A stretch of 64,000 nucleotides of DNA from NCBI RefSeq assembly GCF_009914755.1, contig NC_060929.1. One strand, given 5' to 3'. Below are positions 41,015 to 53,920 of this stretch, piece after piece. This DNA comes from the human T2T-CHM13v2.0 reference genome, Homo sapiens. The notes under the pieces are model-generated. The model searched no databases and was not told where the DNA came from. It worked only from the letters and a program-made list of their open reading frames with translations. Within the stretch, counting starts at the first letter, position 1, and the number at the start of each line of letters is the position of its first letter. The position numbers and the translations under genes are program-made.

Positions 41015-44000
41015 TGTGTGTAGCCCAAACACTTAAAGAATGGAGAGTTATGCTCAACCTCTTTTTGAGGGTCCAATGTCTACGTAAATTATTTGTAATT
41101 CTTCTCTCAGTGAGATTGTTTGTTCTCTTCTCCCCTATTTATGTATTTCTTCAATCACTTATTTTTGTCAATAAGTGCTGTAGAGCAGTGGATGTTAATT
41201 TTATATTTTGGGTTCTAATTTGATATTATGTTATTTATTTTAGTGTTCCTCCTTCACCCCACTTATTAACTAGAAGAAATTTTTTCAGTTCGCTCCTGTC
41301 TCCTGTGCCCATTTGACATAATTGCACCTCTTTTGTTTTTTTTATTTTGTTTTGTTTTTGAGCACTTCCTTAGCTTTCTGGGACTAAAGATACTCCAGGC
41401 TCAAGTTGCATATTTTCTGTCCCAGTTCTAGAATCAGCCACTTCTCCAAGGAGCCCTGGTTCCTCTTGTTGGATACTGTATTAGAAAACAAACAAGCTAA
41501 CATTTGGACACTAGATATGCCTGCTGCTGTGGCAGTGTCATTGCCTCAAGGCCACCTCAGCTGATAAAACAAGGAAATGTATCTATATATACATATATGA
41601 ATATATTTTTCTATATGTAACCATCTGTCTATATTATGCTCAATATGAGTTTATACTAACATCCACAATGCTAATTTATTACTACCTGTATAATTCTAGC
41701 CTCTTCCTCTTGCTCATCTGTAATCTCCCTCCAACAATGAGAAAAACTGGCTTTCCTCAGCTGTCATTCATTTTTTAATTTGTTGCATTATATATATGAT
41801 ATCAGAATTGTTAACCCATACTCGCAGGGGAAACAACTTTATCAACAAGAGTTCAATATTTATGACAGTTTTTTTGCCTTTAGTCTTACATATTCCACTT
41901 ACTTCCGAAGCTATTTGGGTTAGCACTTTTTGTCCCCACTCCTTTCTGTGAAGTTGTTTCATAATTTTTTAATACAGTTAGACTGCTTTGTCACATTCTG
42001 CAGGCTATCCTGGTATCCTTTGAGCTCCTAAATTATATTTTTAAATTTTCATACCTTAAGGTTTACCCTTTGTGCTGTAAAGGTTTGGACCAACTCTCAT
42101 GTATCTGCCATTTCAGTAATACAGAGGATAGTTTCAATGATCTGGAATATCTCTGGTGCTTCAGTTGTATGAGCCCCCTAACCACTGATCTTTTTATCTT
42201 CTCACTACTTTTGTCTTTTACAGAATGTGACATAATTGGAATCATAGAGTAAGTCTTCTCAGACTGGTATCTTTCACTTAGCCATGTGTATATAAGATTA
42301 ATACATGTCTTTTCATGGGTTTATAGCTCATTGTTTTATTGCTCAATAATATTCCATTATATGGATATATTGCAGTTTGCTTATCCATTCATTTATTGAA
42401 GGATTTCTTACCATCTTCCAGATTTTGCTGATTATAAATACAACTTCTGAAAACATTCATGCTCAGGTTTTTGCATGGACATAAATTGTCAATTAGGTAG
42501 ATACCTAGGAGTGCAATTATCAGATCATATGGTAAGACCATATTTACCTTTGTAAAAAGCTGCCAAAATGTCTTCCAAAGTGGTTGTACCCATCAGCAAT
42601 GAATGAGAATTCATATTGTTTTGCATCCTTGCTAGCAATAGGCATCATCAGTTTTTAGATTTTTAACTATTCTAGTAGATATATAGTGGTATCTTGTTGT
42701 TTTAATTTGTGACTTCCTAATGACAAATTATGTTGAGCAATTTTTCATATATTTATTTGCTATCTGTATATAATCTTTGGTGAGGTGTCTGTTCAGATCT
42801 TTTGTCTGTTTTTTAGTTGGTCTGTTTTCCTATTGTTGATTTTTAAGTGTTCTTTCTATATTTTGAATTTAAGTCCTTTATCAAATACATATTTGCAGTT
42901 TTTTTTCTCCCAGTAGTGGCTTGTCTTTTCATTTTCGTAACAGTGTCTTTCACAGAGCACACATTTTTAACTTTAACAAAGTCCAACTTATGAATTTCTC
43001 CCTTCATAGGTTGTGCTTTTGGTGTTATAAATGAAGTTCATCATTAAACCCAAGAACACAGGTATTTTCCTATGTTTTCTTTTAGAAGTGTTATAATTTT
43101 GAATGTTACATTTAAGTCTGGGATCCAGTTGAATTAATTTTATGAAAGGTATGACGTATGAATTTAGGTTCTTTTTTTTCTTTTAACATATGGTTATCTA
43201 ACTGTTTCAGCACCATTTATTGAAAAGACAATCCTTTTTTTCATTGAATTGCCTTTGCTTCTTCCTCAAAGATAAAATGATCATATTTATGTAGGTCTAT
43301 TTCTGTACTCTCTATTCTGTTGCATTGTCTATTATTTTTGTAATAACACATTGTCTTGATCTCTATAGCTTTATATTAAGGCTTTATATTAAGTCCTCCA
43401 ACACTGTTCTTCTTCTTTAGTTATTGTGGTGGCAATTCTAGGTCTTTTGCCTTACCATATACACTGTAGAGTCAGTTTTTCAATAGAGACGAAATACCTT
43501 GCTGGGATTCTGGTTGGGGTTGCTTTAAAGTTACAGGCCAAGTTGGGAAGAATTGATACCTTAACAATGTGTGTTTTAATTCATAAACACAATATTTCTC
43601 CATTTATTTAGATGGTTTTTATTTCTTTCATCAGAATTTCATATTTTTTGATATATAGATTTTGTATATATACATAAGTATTTTATTTTATTTTTTGGGT
43701 GCTATTTTAAATGGTATTATTTTTTAAGCTTCAGATTCCAATTGTTCATTGCTTTTATATAGAAAAAGAATTGGACTTGCTTATTAGTTCCAGGAATTTT
43801 GTTGTTATTGTTGTTTCTTTGGGATTTTCTACATGGACAATCATTGCTATTTGTAAATACAGTTTTATTTCCTCATTTATAATTTGTTTATTTTTTATTT
43901 CCTATTTTTGTCTTATTGCACAAACTAGGACTTCTGGTACAATGCTTAAAGGAGTGGTGAGAGGAGGCATCCTCACCTTGCACCTAATTTAAAGGAGAAA

Positions 44001-44100
44001 GTGTCCAGACTTTCACCTATATGTATGAAGTGAGCTGTGGGTCTTCTGTAGAAGTTCTTTATAATTTTCAGGAAGTTCTCCTCTATTCCTGGTTTGCTGT
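41015..44100 (-). mobile_element. L1MC-type element (~3 kb), body of the copy cut by the inversion
   Basis: 3'UTR motifs (AGAATCAGCCACTTCTCCAAGGAGCCCTGGTTCCT) then ORF2 remnants (CAGCACCATTTATTGAAAAGAC, GGAGTGGTGAGAGGAGGCATCCT). Confidence 0.85.
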
Positions 44101-44314
44101 ATGTCATCTATTTTGCAAATATCATTCCCATTCTATAATTTCTCTTTATATTTTATTTGATTTCTTGCCATATCTACATTTTATGCTTATTTAGTTTAAT
44201 AATCTCCATTCTCTAAGATCTTCCTATATAAAGTCTCATATAAACTTCAAGCTCCTTTTATCACTACCTCTTGCATTCTCCCTTTATTTCTCTCTCCAAT
44301 GCCTAAGACTTCCT

Positions 44315-44556
44315 AGTGTTTTAGGGCTTAGTGTCTAGGAGTCAGCATTTTCTGGGTTCAATTCCTAGATCTCCACTTACTAGTTACCTAATCTTGGAAA
44401 ATTTAACCTCTCTGAGTTTTAGTTTTCTCCTCTGAAAAAGTTGGGGTAGTATAGCTTTCTCACAATGTCCTTGTAACATATATATATACATATATATATA
44501 TGTGTATATATATACATATATATATGTATATGTATATATATGTGTGTGTGTGTGTG
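44315..44556 (+). mobile_element. MIR followed by a (TA)n(TG)n microsatellite (44477-44556)
   Basis: CTGGGTTCAATTCCTAG...AACCTCTCTGAGTTTTAGTTTTCTC; the microsatellite is seen directly. Confidence 0.7.
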
Positions 44557-45499
44557 CTTAACAAGTCGTTGCTGTTATGTTTATTTTTTATGAAGAAAGT
44601 TGCTGTATTTTTTTCATTCTGGAAAGCATTAAGATGACATAATCAGTTTTGTGGCATATCTGGGGAACAAAAGTGGCCAGGATATAGCTCCATTTATGCG
44701 ACTATTTTCTTCTGTAAGTAGATAATTATCTTTGTCATATTCTAGGTCCGACCATGTTATGTCACTGTTATAAATAATATTCCCCTTCTAATTACTAATT
44801 TTGACCTGAACAATAGAAGTGGTATTAAATTTTTATTGCAGTAAAACTTTAAGAGGGTGGGAGGGCAAACTCTCATCAGACATAAATAAAATGTGGCTAG
44901 AACCTAGAAAGTTGATTGCTTAAATGCTTTACATCCATTGCAAGGAATAAAAAGGGTTACTAGTACACAAAAGAAAAGTCTTAGTGTACCATTATTTCAT
45001 ATTGATATTCAAATGGAGTTTGTAGTTCAGCACACACAGTTGGCTGTGGAGAAGTTGATGATGGCTGTTCTTCTTTGTCACAGTAGTCATTTTGTATTTC
45101 TTAGATTGACATCCTAAATTAGGAACCACTTGGCTAGAAATAGCTAGGGTTCTACTGGGGAGAGGATTTAATTGGGAATATGCTCTTGGAACTTCTGAAT
45201 TTGAAGAAGTGTGGTTGTTGAAAGCATATCAAGTATTTGGAAAGTAATATTTGCCAACCATGTGAAATCAACATTATTCCTGGGCTGGAGATTGAGCTAT
45301 TTGGGTGCCAGGAACCCGTTGTTTCTCTTGCTTTAAATTGCTTAACCTTTCTTGATTTCTTCAGATATAAAAGTTATCACACTTTTCATTATTTAGATCA
45401 CAGAATCTTGTGAGAACAGAATAGAATAATGCAGGTCTAAGATTCTTCATTTGCTTTCATTACTTATAGGCTGAAATCTCAATTCTTTTGGCAAACTCA

Positions 45500-45750
45500 T
45501 GGTGGCTGAAAGCACGGTTTTTAGAGTTAGATAAATGCTCTGAGCCCAGATTCTGACTCTGCCACACACAGCTATGGCCTTGGACAGTTTACTTGACCTC
45601 TCCAATCTTCAAATTTCTTACTTATAAAATGGAGATAATGATAATCTCTTCCTGAGTTGGTTGGTGCGAGAGTTATGTTGGGTAATGTATTTACAGTGTA
45701 AGCACAGCACTTCATGCATTATCTGTGTTCAGCAGTGATAGCTGCTGGTA
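45500..45750 (+). mobile_element. MIR
   Basis: GGCCTTGGACAGTTTACTTGACCTCTC...TATAAAATGGAGATAATGATA. Confidence 0.7.
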
Positions 45751-47118
45751 TCCTCATCACCATGACACATAAGGCCTTTGTTACCTGGTCTTTCCAACTT
45801 CATCTGGCATCATTACCCCTATCAATTTATCCTTGTTCATCCTGAATATATTTCTCTATTGTAACACTCCTCACTCTATTGTAACACTCCTTACCTCCTG
45901 ACTTTTATTCACCATTACACTGTGTCTTTTTGATGTTAGAAATGTTACCTTATTCATAGCTGGATCTTCTTTAGTTAACATATAGTGGGATTGCCGCCAG
46001 TTAACTCGAGAAAATTATGCATAGAATTAAACTAATATAGGGATAATCATAAATATGTAGGAATTTGTCAGATAAATGTATATTCATTATACATTCAGAT
46101 AAATGTATATTCATTATACATTAATGATTCACTGCATTCATAATTCAGTGAATGATAATTCCTATGTATGTAATACATCTTAAACTGGTGGCCAATGGGC
46201 CAAATTAAGTATATTGACCTGTTTTGTTTGGATTTTTGATGTTAAAATAAATCAGGAGACTTTACAACAAACATCTGAATTTCTGGCTTCTCTTGAGAAG
46301 GTTAGCGAGCTGGCAACACTAAACCTCCATCGCATAGAAATGGTTGGCATTCTCCAATTAGATTCGTTTTCTACTCAAATGATAAGTAACATAGACACCT
46401 CACACTAGTGGCTTTTTGTGTGGCCACCAGCTAAAAGTTCATCCTTTCCCCCAGAAAAAAACAATTTGATAAATGCAGAATAGGGAATTGCATTCCTCTT
46501 TACTTATTCCCAGATGGGTGGGGTATAACTGCTCTACCTGAAGGAGCAAACGCGGACACCCACACCATGCCCCAGTTTGCCTAACCAATGTTCTTAAACA
46601 GGTTTGATCTTACTAAAGTCTATATCTCTATTGCTATGTATAGTCTTGCTATTGAAAATCCTATTCAAAGCTGCTATTGTTGATTTTATTCTGTGCTCTT
46701 CTGAGAAGTCCTACAGCTTGTAAAGATAAACTTGAGTTGTTTATGGAGATGGTTTGTGTTGGATGAGCTCTGTTCTCTTACTTACAACCCTACGACCAAT
46801 GGGCACATGGTGTCAGCCACATAGTGACAGAGTGGAGGGGCGGCATGCGCTAATGTTAGGAGGGTGTGTAGCAGAGTATTTGACATTGGCATCAGGCCAG
46901 CTTACAAGTTTTTTCTTTTTGAGTGTACACATAAATGTTGACCATTTGAGGAGTTAAATGTTTGTTATCTTCTGTGGTTACAAGTTCATTCCATAAATGC
47001 CCATGCTTAGGAGAATCCCCAGAAAGAACAAAGGAAAATGATTTAGCAATAATCTCATTAATTTGGTCAATGTAGACATTCCAATTGGCTATATCATATT
47101 CCTTTTAAAATTTGAATT

Positions 47119-47408
47119 GGCCAGGCACAGTGGCTCACGCCTGTAATCCCAGTACTCTGGGAGGTCGAGGCAGGCAGATCACAAGGTCAGGAGTTCGAGA
47201 CAGCATGGCCAACATGGTGAAACCCCGTCTCTACTAAAAAAATACAAAAATTAGTCAAGCATGGTGGCGTGTGCCTGTAATCCCAGCTACTCGGGAGGCT
47301 GAGAGGCAAGAGCATTGCTTGAACCTGGGAGGCAGAGGTTGCAGTGAGCTGAGATTGTGCCACTGCACTCCAGCCTGGGCAACACAGCAAGACTCCATCT
47401 CAAAAAAA
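47119..47408 (+). mobile_element. AluS (Sg-like), short tail
   Basis: Full dimeric Alu; TSD-like flanks AAAATTTGAATT / AAAATTTTTGAGTT. Confidence 0.95.
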
Positions 47409-49660
47409 TTTTTGAGTTGTGCACTTTTTAATTGTTTACATCGACTAACACTTTATTCTGTATTTTACAGGCACAGCATAAAAGGCAGATTAAGCAAAGA
47501 GATAGTATTTTTCTCTGGGCAGAGTGTGGGAATTTGAAGCTCTTATCAGACTTTGATACCTATAAATGTTAAATTATACTAGGTTGGCACTTCCTGTATT
47601 TCCTTGTCATTGAATATATTTTCTTCTTCTTCAGCCCCAAGTGAACTTTCAACAATGTGTCTTTAATCTACTCACATGAGAAGAGGTATGGTGGAGGTGC
47701 AGTGGGAAAATACTTAAAAATGTACTAAAAATTGTGTATAATTCAGCTTAAATACAGGAATAAACATGATTTGTGTGAGGCTTGGCAGCTTCCCATTCCT
47801 CTTTCAAAATAAAGCACATCTGAAACACCTTCACAGGGCATGTACTAATTAGCTCTTGGTGTTTGCTAGTTATTGTGTTATTACCTAATCTTATCCAGTC
47901 AGACATCCAAAAGGAGGCCCATTTCCAAGAGGCAGTATGATTCAGTAGATTAGAAACAGACCCTGAAGTTTGACACTCTGGTGCTGCTGACTTACCAGAT
48001 TCTTGGGAAAATCACTCCACATTACAATGTCTGAGTTTCAATAAGGGAGAACGGTTTTCTTTCTTCCGACTTCAACATAATGATATTGTAACAACTAAAA
48101 GTAAATTGCTGTAAAAGACAATTCAATGACCATAATAAGAAGTAATTGGATGTATATATAAACAATATTTATAAGAGGATGTAATAACAGTGATGCAATT
48201 TTCCTTCCCACATGACTCTATTACAGGCATGATTTCTCTTGTAAAAACAGGAACTCTCACACAGTCTTCTTATCTGACCTGTGAAATGGACTTGCTGGGT
48301 TAACTGAGACTCCACTGAGGTGGGGATAGTGTGCCACCTGTATGCACTTTTAATCTATAGCTTAAATCTCCTCTGTGAAGCCTTCTCCAGCATCTTCCCC
48401 CATCTAATCCCCTGACCCAGTTGAATTTGCTCTCTTGCTATTGATACCACTTAACTTTTCTTACAGAAGCTGTGACCCAGAATTGAATTGTCATTTTCAT
48501 GTGGGCCGATTCCTAAACTGAGTGCCTTGAGGGCAGGACCCAGGGCGGGTAGAGTGCCTGGTCCCCAGCTGCCTGCTAGATATATGTTTATTGAATGGAT
48601 GAGTCTAACCATTAACAATGGTGCTTGGGTAAACATTTACTTTAATGAGGCTAAGTTATTTCAACTCTATAAACCTCAGATTTTTCCATCTGTGAATGAG
48701 GATTTGGACAAGCTTGTAAAAAAAAGTTCCCTTACAAGTCCAAATTTGAGTCTGATTTTGTATATTGTAAAACATGGCAAATATATATAACCTAATGCAT
48801 TTATAGAGCCTTTTTTTGGATGATGTGAAAAACAAAGATTTGAGTTTCACTTATTGAAATGTTATTTTTAAATTTTTATTTATTAGTGTCTTTGTACTCA
48901 TTTTTATTTCAGAAAGTATTGCTAAATAATGAGAATTAGGCAATCAGACACTTGAGGGGCTATTTGTTTCTATACATATACTTGGTAGGACGGCCTCTGA
49001 GAATTATAGCAAGAAAATGAACAATTACTTAATATACTTATGTAAAGTCAAATAATGAAAAATTGAGGCAGTAAAACATAATTAGGTGTCTTGACGGCCA
49101 GAACATAACAATTATGACTGTCACCAATGATTATTGTCCTAAGTGAAAATGCATCCGTTTTGGTGGAAACATTAATATTTGAAAGTTATCATTAAGAATT
49201 TTGATATATTAAAAATTTCAGGTAGACAGAGGCTTCTATGTACATATAGAATTAACTTTGTTAATACCAGATGACCCATCTTGTTATAACATGACTACTG
49301 ACTCCATTCTTTCAAAGATTGAAAGACTGACCAAAACGGAGTTTGAGACCTGCCCTTTCTTTAGCACTTTTTAAGGTGCTGAAAGCCTTGTTTTTCCTCT
49401 TCCCAGACCTGACTTGCTTTGGGAAGCTCAAAGCTGCAGAGCCTGTTTAGCCGCTGCTATTTACATGACTAAGGTTTGTATCCCAATTGCTTTTAGTTGA
49501 GAAAGCACCTTTAAGACATTTAGTGATGCTTGTGCTTGGAGGTATTTATATTTGAAATTCTTCTTTATCACTTCTTTACTTCCACTTTGGCCTCTTTTGC
49601 TTCTTTCTTTGCTATGACTGTCATTCATTTGTTCGTTCATAAACACATACCCAGACACCA

Positions 49661-49874
49661 TTTTTTTTTTTTTTAGACGGAGTCTCATTGTGTCACCAAG
49701 GTGTAGTGCAGCAGCGTGATCTCGGCTCACTACAACCTCTGGGTTCAAGTGAATCCAGGTTCAAGCGATTATCCTGCCTCAGCCTCCTGAGTAGCTGGGA
49801 CTACAGGTGCGCACCACCATGCCCAGCTAATTTTTTTTTGTATTTTTGGTAGAGACGAGGTTTCACCATGTTTG
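49661..49874 (-). mobile_element. AluS fragment, 5'-truncated, with a small internal duplication
   Basis: Poly(T)-AGACGGAGTCTC...; GGTTCAAG occurs twice (GGGTTCAAGTGAATCCAGGTTCAAGCGA). Confidence 0.9.
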
Positions 49875-50699
49875 CCACTTTTATATACCGAACACTTTGC
49901 TGGGTTCTGGAGATAGAGAGATACGGGTATGCTCCTCACCCTCTAAAATTTACTGCCCATATAATTTTTCTGGGTTAGAGGTCTTTGCAAGTTGCTCTTT
50001 TGCTAGTTGTAGCCTCTCGGCATGTACTTATACTTTGAATACTTAGCTTTTGACTCTTAGCTTTAAATAATTGATTCCTAAGTGCTGTAACATATTTGTG
50101 AACATCAACCTGCCCAAGCTGTCTTCAGCTATCAGTTAATAGCTATGATCACTTAATATTAGTTTATCTTTCATTTTGCAAGTATGTGTTTTCCCAAAGA
50201 AATTCAGAACTAGGATAATGCTTTTGCAGCTGTAAACTTTCTGGTAATCATGTTCTTGATCTTGTTTGGTTACTACATTTAGGGATAAATGTGGAAAGGA
50301 GAATTTTTATTTAGGTTGCAAAAATCTGACTCCTCCCTTAACTAAACTCTATTGAAATTCTCTGACGAGATTATGAACTTCTTGCTTCCATTTCTTTGTA
50401 TTTCGCCTTAACAGTTATGGATGTAGAAGACAAAGACTCAGATGTCTATTTGACACCCATGGGATAGGTAGTAAAATTACTACAAGCTTCCAGAGCCAAG
50501 GTTGGAGAAACAACTTACATTTTTTTTAATGTAAGCCAAAGAAGAGGGAAATATTAGGAAAAGGTCATTGCAAGGAGCCATGTTAAGTTAGTTTGTTTGA
50601 ACCAGAGAGAAATTTTTGGTAAGTAGAACCTATTAAAATTTGACTTTAATAGTACTTTTCAAAAACAATAAAAGTGAATATTTGATTCTCTATTGCTTT

Positions 50700-51150
50700 A
50701 TATCTTTCCTCTTCCCCTCAAACTTGGTGGTTTAAAACAATAGCCATTTTATTATATCTCCTAAATCTCTGGGCTGACTGTGTTCAACTGGGAGGTTCTT
50801 CTGCTCCACATAAAGTCATCTGGGGCTGTAGCAATCTCAGCTCAACTGGCCCAGGGCATGTAAGATGGCATACTTACATAGTGGATGGTTGATGCTAGCT
50901 GACAGCTGGTAGCTCAGTTGGGGCTGTCAGCTGGGGGTCTTAATTCTCCTTGAGGCTGCTTTTGCCTCCTCATAGCATGGAAGCTGCCAGTCCTCTTAAA
51001 GTCTAGGCTTACTGGCACAGCTTCACTTCTGCCACATTCCAATGGCCAAAGCAGTTACAGGCCCAACTTATATTTAAGGGGGTGGAGAAACAGATTCCAC
51101 CTTTCAGTGGGGGCATGACAAAGAATTTGCAGTTATCTCTGATCTATATA
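50700..51150. mobile_element. MaLR LTR (MLT1-type)
   Basis: AAACTTGGTGGTTTAAAACAATAGCCATTTATT...CACTTCTGCCACATTC...GGCCAAAGCA. Confidence 0.7.
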
Positions 51151-51344
51151 GCAAGGCTATGTGCAATTAATCACTGTAAAAGCTGATGTTTGAAAAAAAA
51201 TGAGGGGCATAAAAAGTAGGAATTTGAACATAAGTTGTCTGCTGACCGCATGTGATATAAAGGGAGAAATTAGCTGCATGAGAATCACATTCAGGTGGAC
51301 TCAAGGAAGAGCATCACATTCAGGTGGACTCAAGGAAAGGTTGC

Positions 51345-51527
51345 CTTAGACCAATTCCACCAGAATTACCAGGAAGATGTGTTAAAATGCAGATTGCTAG
51401 GACCCACTGCCAGAGTTTCTGATTCAGCAGGCCTCAGGCAGGGCCTGGGAATTTATGTTTCTAACAAGTCTTCAGGTGATGCTGATGCTATTGGTCTTGG
51501 GAACTACACTTTGAGAACCACTGCTTT
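51345..51527. mobile_element. MER5A-like hAT element
   Basis: AAATGCAGATTGCTAGG...AGAGTTTCTGATTCAGCAGG...TTCTAACAAG...CAGGTGATGCTGATGCT...ACTTTGAGAACCACTG. Confidence 0.8.
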
Positions 51528-51684
51528 AGACTGTGCAGGACCAGGAAAAGTGAGAACATTTAAATAGACAAAAAAAGGAATATTATTTTTCCTCTAATGC
51601 TATTTTTAGAAGCCTAGTGTCAGCAGCTTAAATTTAAGTTCTAGGCCACAGCAAACACATTAACATACAGCCTTTTTTTTTGTC

Positions 51685-52043
51685 AGGGTAACTAACCCTA
51701 GTGCTGCAACATCAACCCATGACATCTCATTAGCTTAACACAGCAAAGTTTTCTTCTCACTCATGTAAAGTTCATTGTGACTCAGCAGCTTCCCTGTCTG
51801 TGTCAGTATACCATCTGGAACATGTGGCTCTCAGTGTTGCTGAGGCAGGGGAAGAAAAGGGAAGAGAGTGAAGAATGAAGCACACTGGCTCTTAACTGCC
51901 TCAGTCAAGAAGTGACACGGTTACTTTGTATCAAAGTCCATTGGTCAGAACTAGTCATATGACCTCAATCTTAAGTGCAAAGGAAGCTGGGAAATGTAGG
52001 AGCGCACATGGATAGTCAGCAAGCCCTACCTGTCTCTACCACA
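51685..52043. mobile_element. MaLR LTR (MLT1-type)
   Basis: GCTTAACACAGCAAAGTTTT...CCATTGGTCAGAACTAGTCATATGACC...GCAAAGGAAGCTGGGAAATGTAG...CTCTACCACA. Confidence 0.7.
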
Positions 52044-52309
52044 GTACCAGATAACTTTAGTGCCCCATGTTCTGTGATTATGCACAGCTGGAAGTGGAAA
52101 GAGTTTCATGAGCCCTCAATTGTAGGTACACTTATAATTATTCCAACATTGTCATTATTACTTTTTAAATATTTATTATCATCTGTGAATAATTTATGGT
52201 TTTATTCGTAGTTTTCTATGTGGCATTAAACAGAATGCCTAATGACATCACTGTTTCGAAAGAAGATCTGTTGTAAAAACTACTTTTAACCTTGTTACAA
52301 ATAATTTGG

Positions 52310-52666
<357 letters not shown>

Positions 52667-53789
52667 TTACATCATTCTAGCTGTTCTATTGAAGACTGAT
52701 TAAAGAAGCCACCACCTCTTTTTCTTTCTCATTTTGCCAACCACACAATTCTTTAGGTAAGTGTCAAAGTGATTACTTATGCTGCCGTAGTCTAGATAGC
52801 CTGTGCAGATCAGCAACAGGACATTATCAGCACTTTAAAACCATCTTATGGTCATTTTTGAAAATAAAAAAAGAAATTAATTTTTATCCCATCCATCCAC
52901 ATGAATCCCACTGTTAGCTCAGTATTAGAAAATGTGGTACAGAATATTGTCAGTGAGAAACAAAACAGAAGTTTGGTTCAATTTCATCATCGGACTTATT
53001 GCTATTGCCTATCTTTTGTCTGGAATTCTTTTCTTACGGTGACTTCACAAAATTGACACTGTGAGAGGGACTATTGGTCACACAGGGACTCTTTGGTCAT
53101 GAGAAAATAGTTCCTAGTTTTCTTCTGCTGATGGGAAGATTTGTTTGGCAGATAAAACCTCAGGAACATGCTATGTACCCAGTCTCAGCAGGTTTGAGGC
53201 AAATTTCCATTTTAATTTTGTCTCTCAAATTCTGTTGGCTTAATCAACACCTCTGATATGTTGAAACAATATGATAATGATTTTTTTTGTGGAAATATGC
53301 TTGATTGGTAGCAGTCACCTGTCTGTTCGGCACACTAAAATACTGTCTGTCATGATTATTAGAAAGCGTCTGAATTATGTGTTTTGATGCCTTCATTATA
53401 TGGCTTTAGTTTATAATTAGAATCTTCATAAGCTTTTTCACCACAGTTATTCGGTAGTTTCTAGGCAGGCAGTTTCTTTAAATGAATAAGTACAGATCAG
53501 CATTACTCTCCCCACTGAACAGATGAAGAAACTGAGACAATTTCATGCCTAGCCCAACACGTTCTGGTGAGTCAGAGTCAGCGTTAGGATAAAACTTCAG
53601 TTTATGTGCTTAGGCCAACACATCTTGTGTAACTCTGAAGTTAAATTTCTGGAATCAGGGACACTCTTTTGGTTTAATATATGCTAGAGCAATAGAATGA
53701 TGTGCAGTTATAAAAACTGGAAACTATTAAATCAAGTTATCTGATCCCTACCTGAGCTAGGTGAAGAAATGCCTAACTATACACGGAAG

Positions 53790-53920
53790 ACTGTATAACA
53801 GTGGAAAGAGCAAGAGGCTAGAGTTGGAAGAAGCAGACTCCAGTGAGAAGAGCTGTGTGACCTTGGTCACGTCACTTAGCATCTTAAGAGCCTAGTGTCT
53901 TTACTTGTAAAGTGTGGGGC
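53790..53920 (+). mobile_element. MIR fragment
   Basis: CAGTGGAAAGAGCA...AGCTGTGTGACCTTGG...TCACTTA. Confidence 0.6.
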
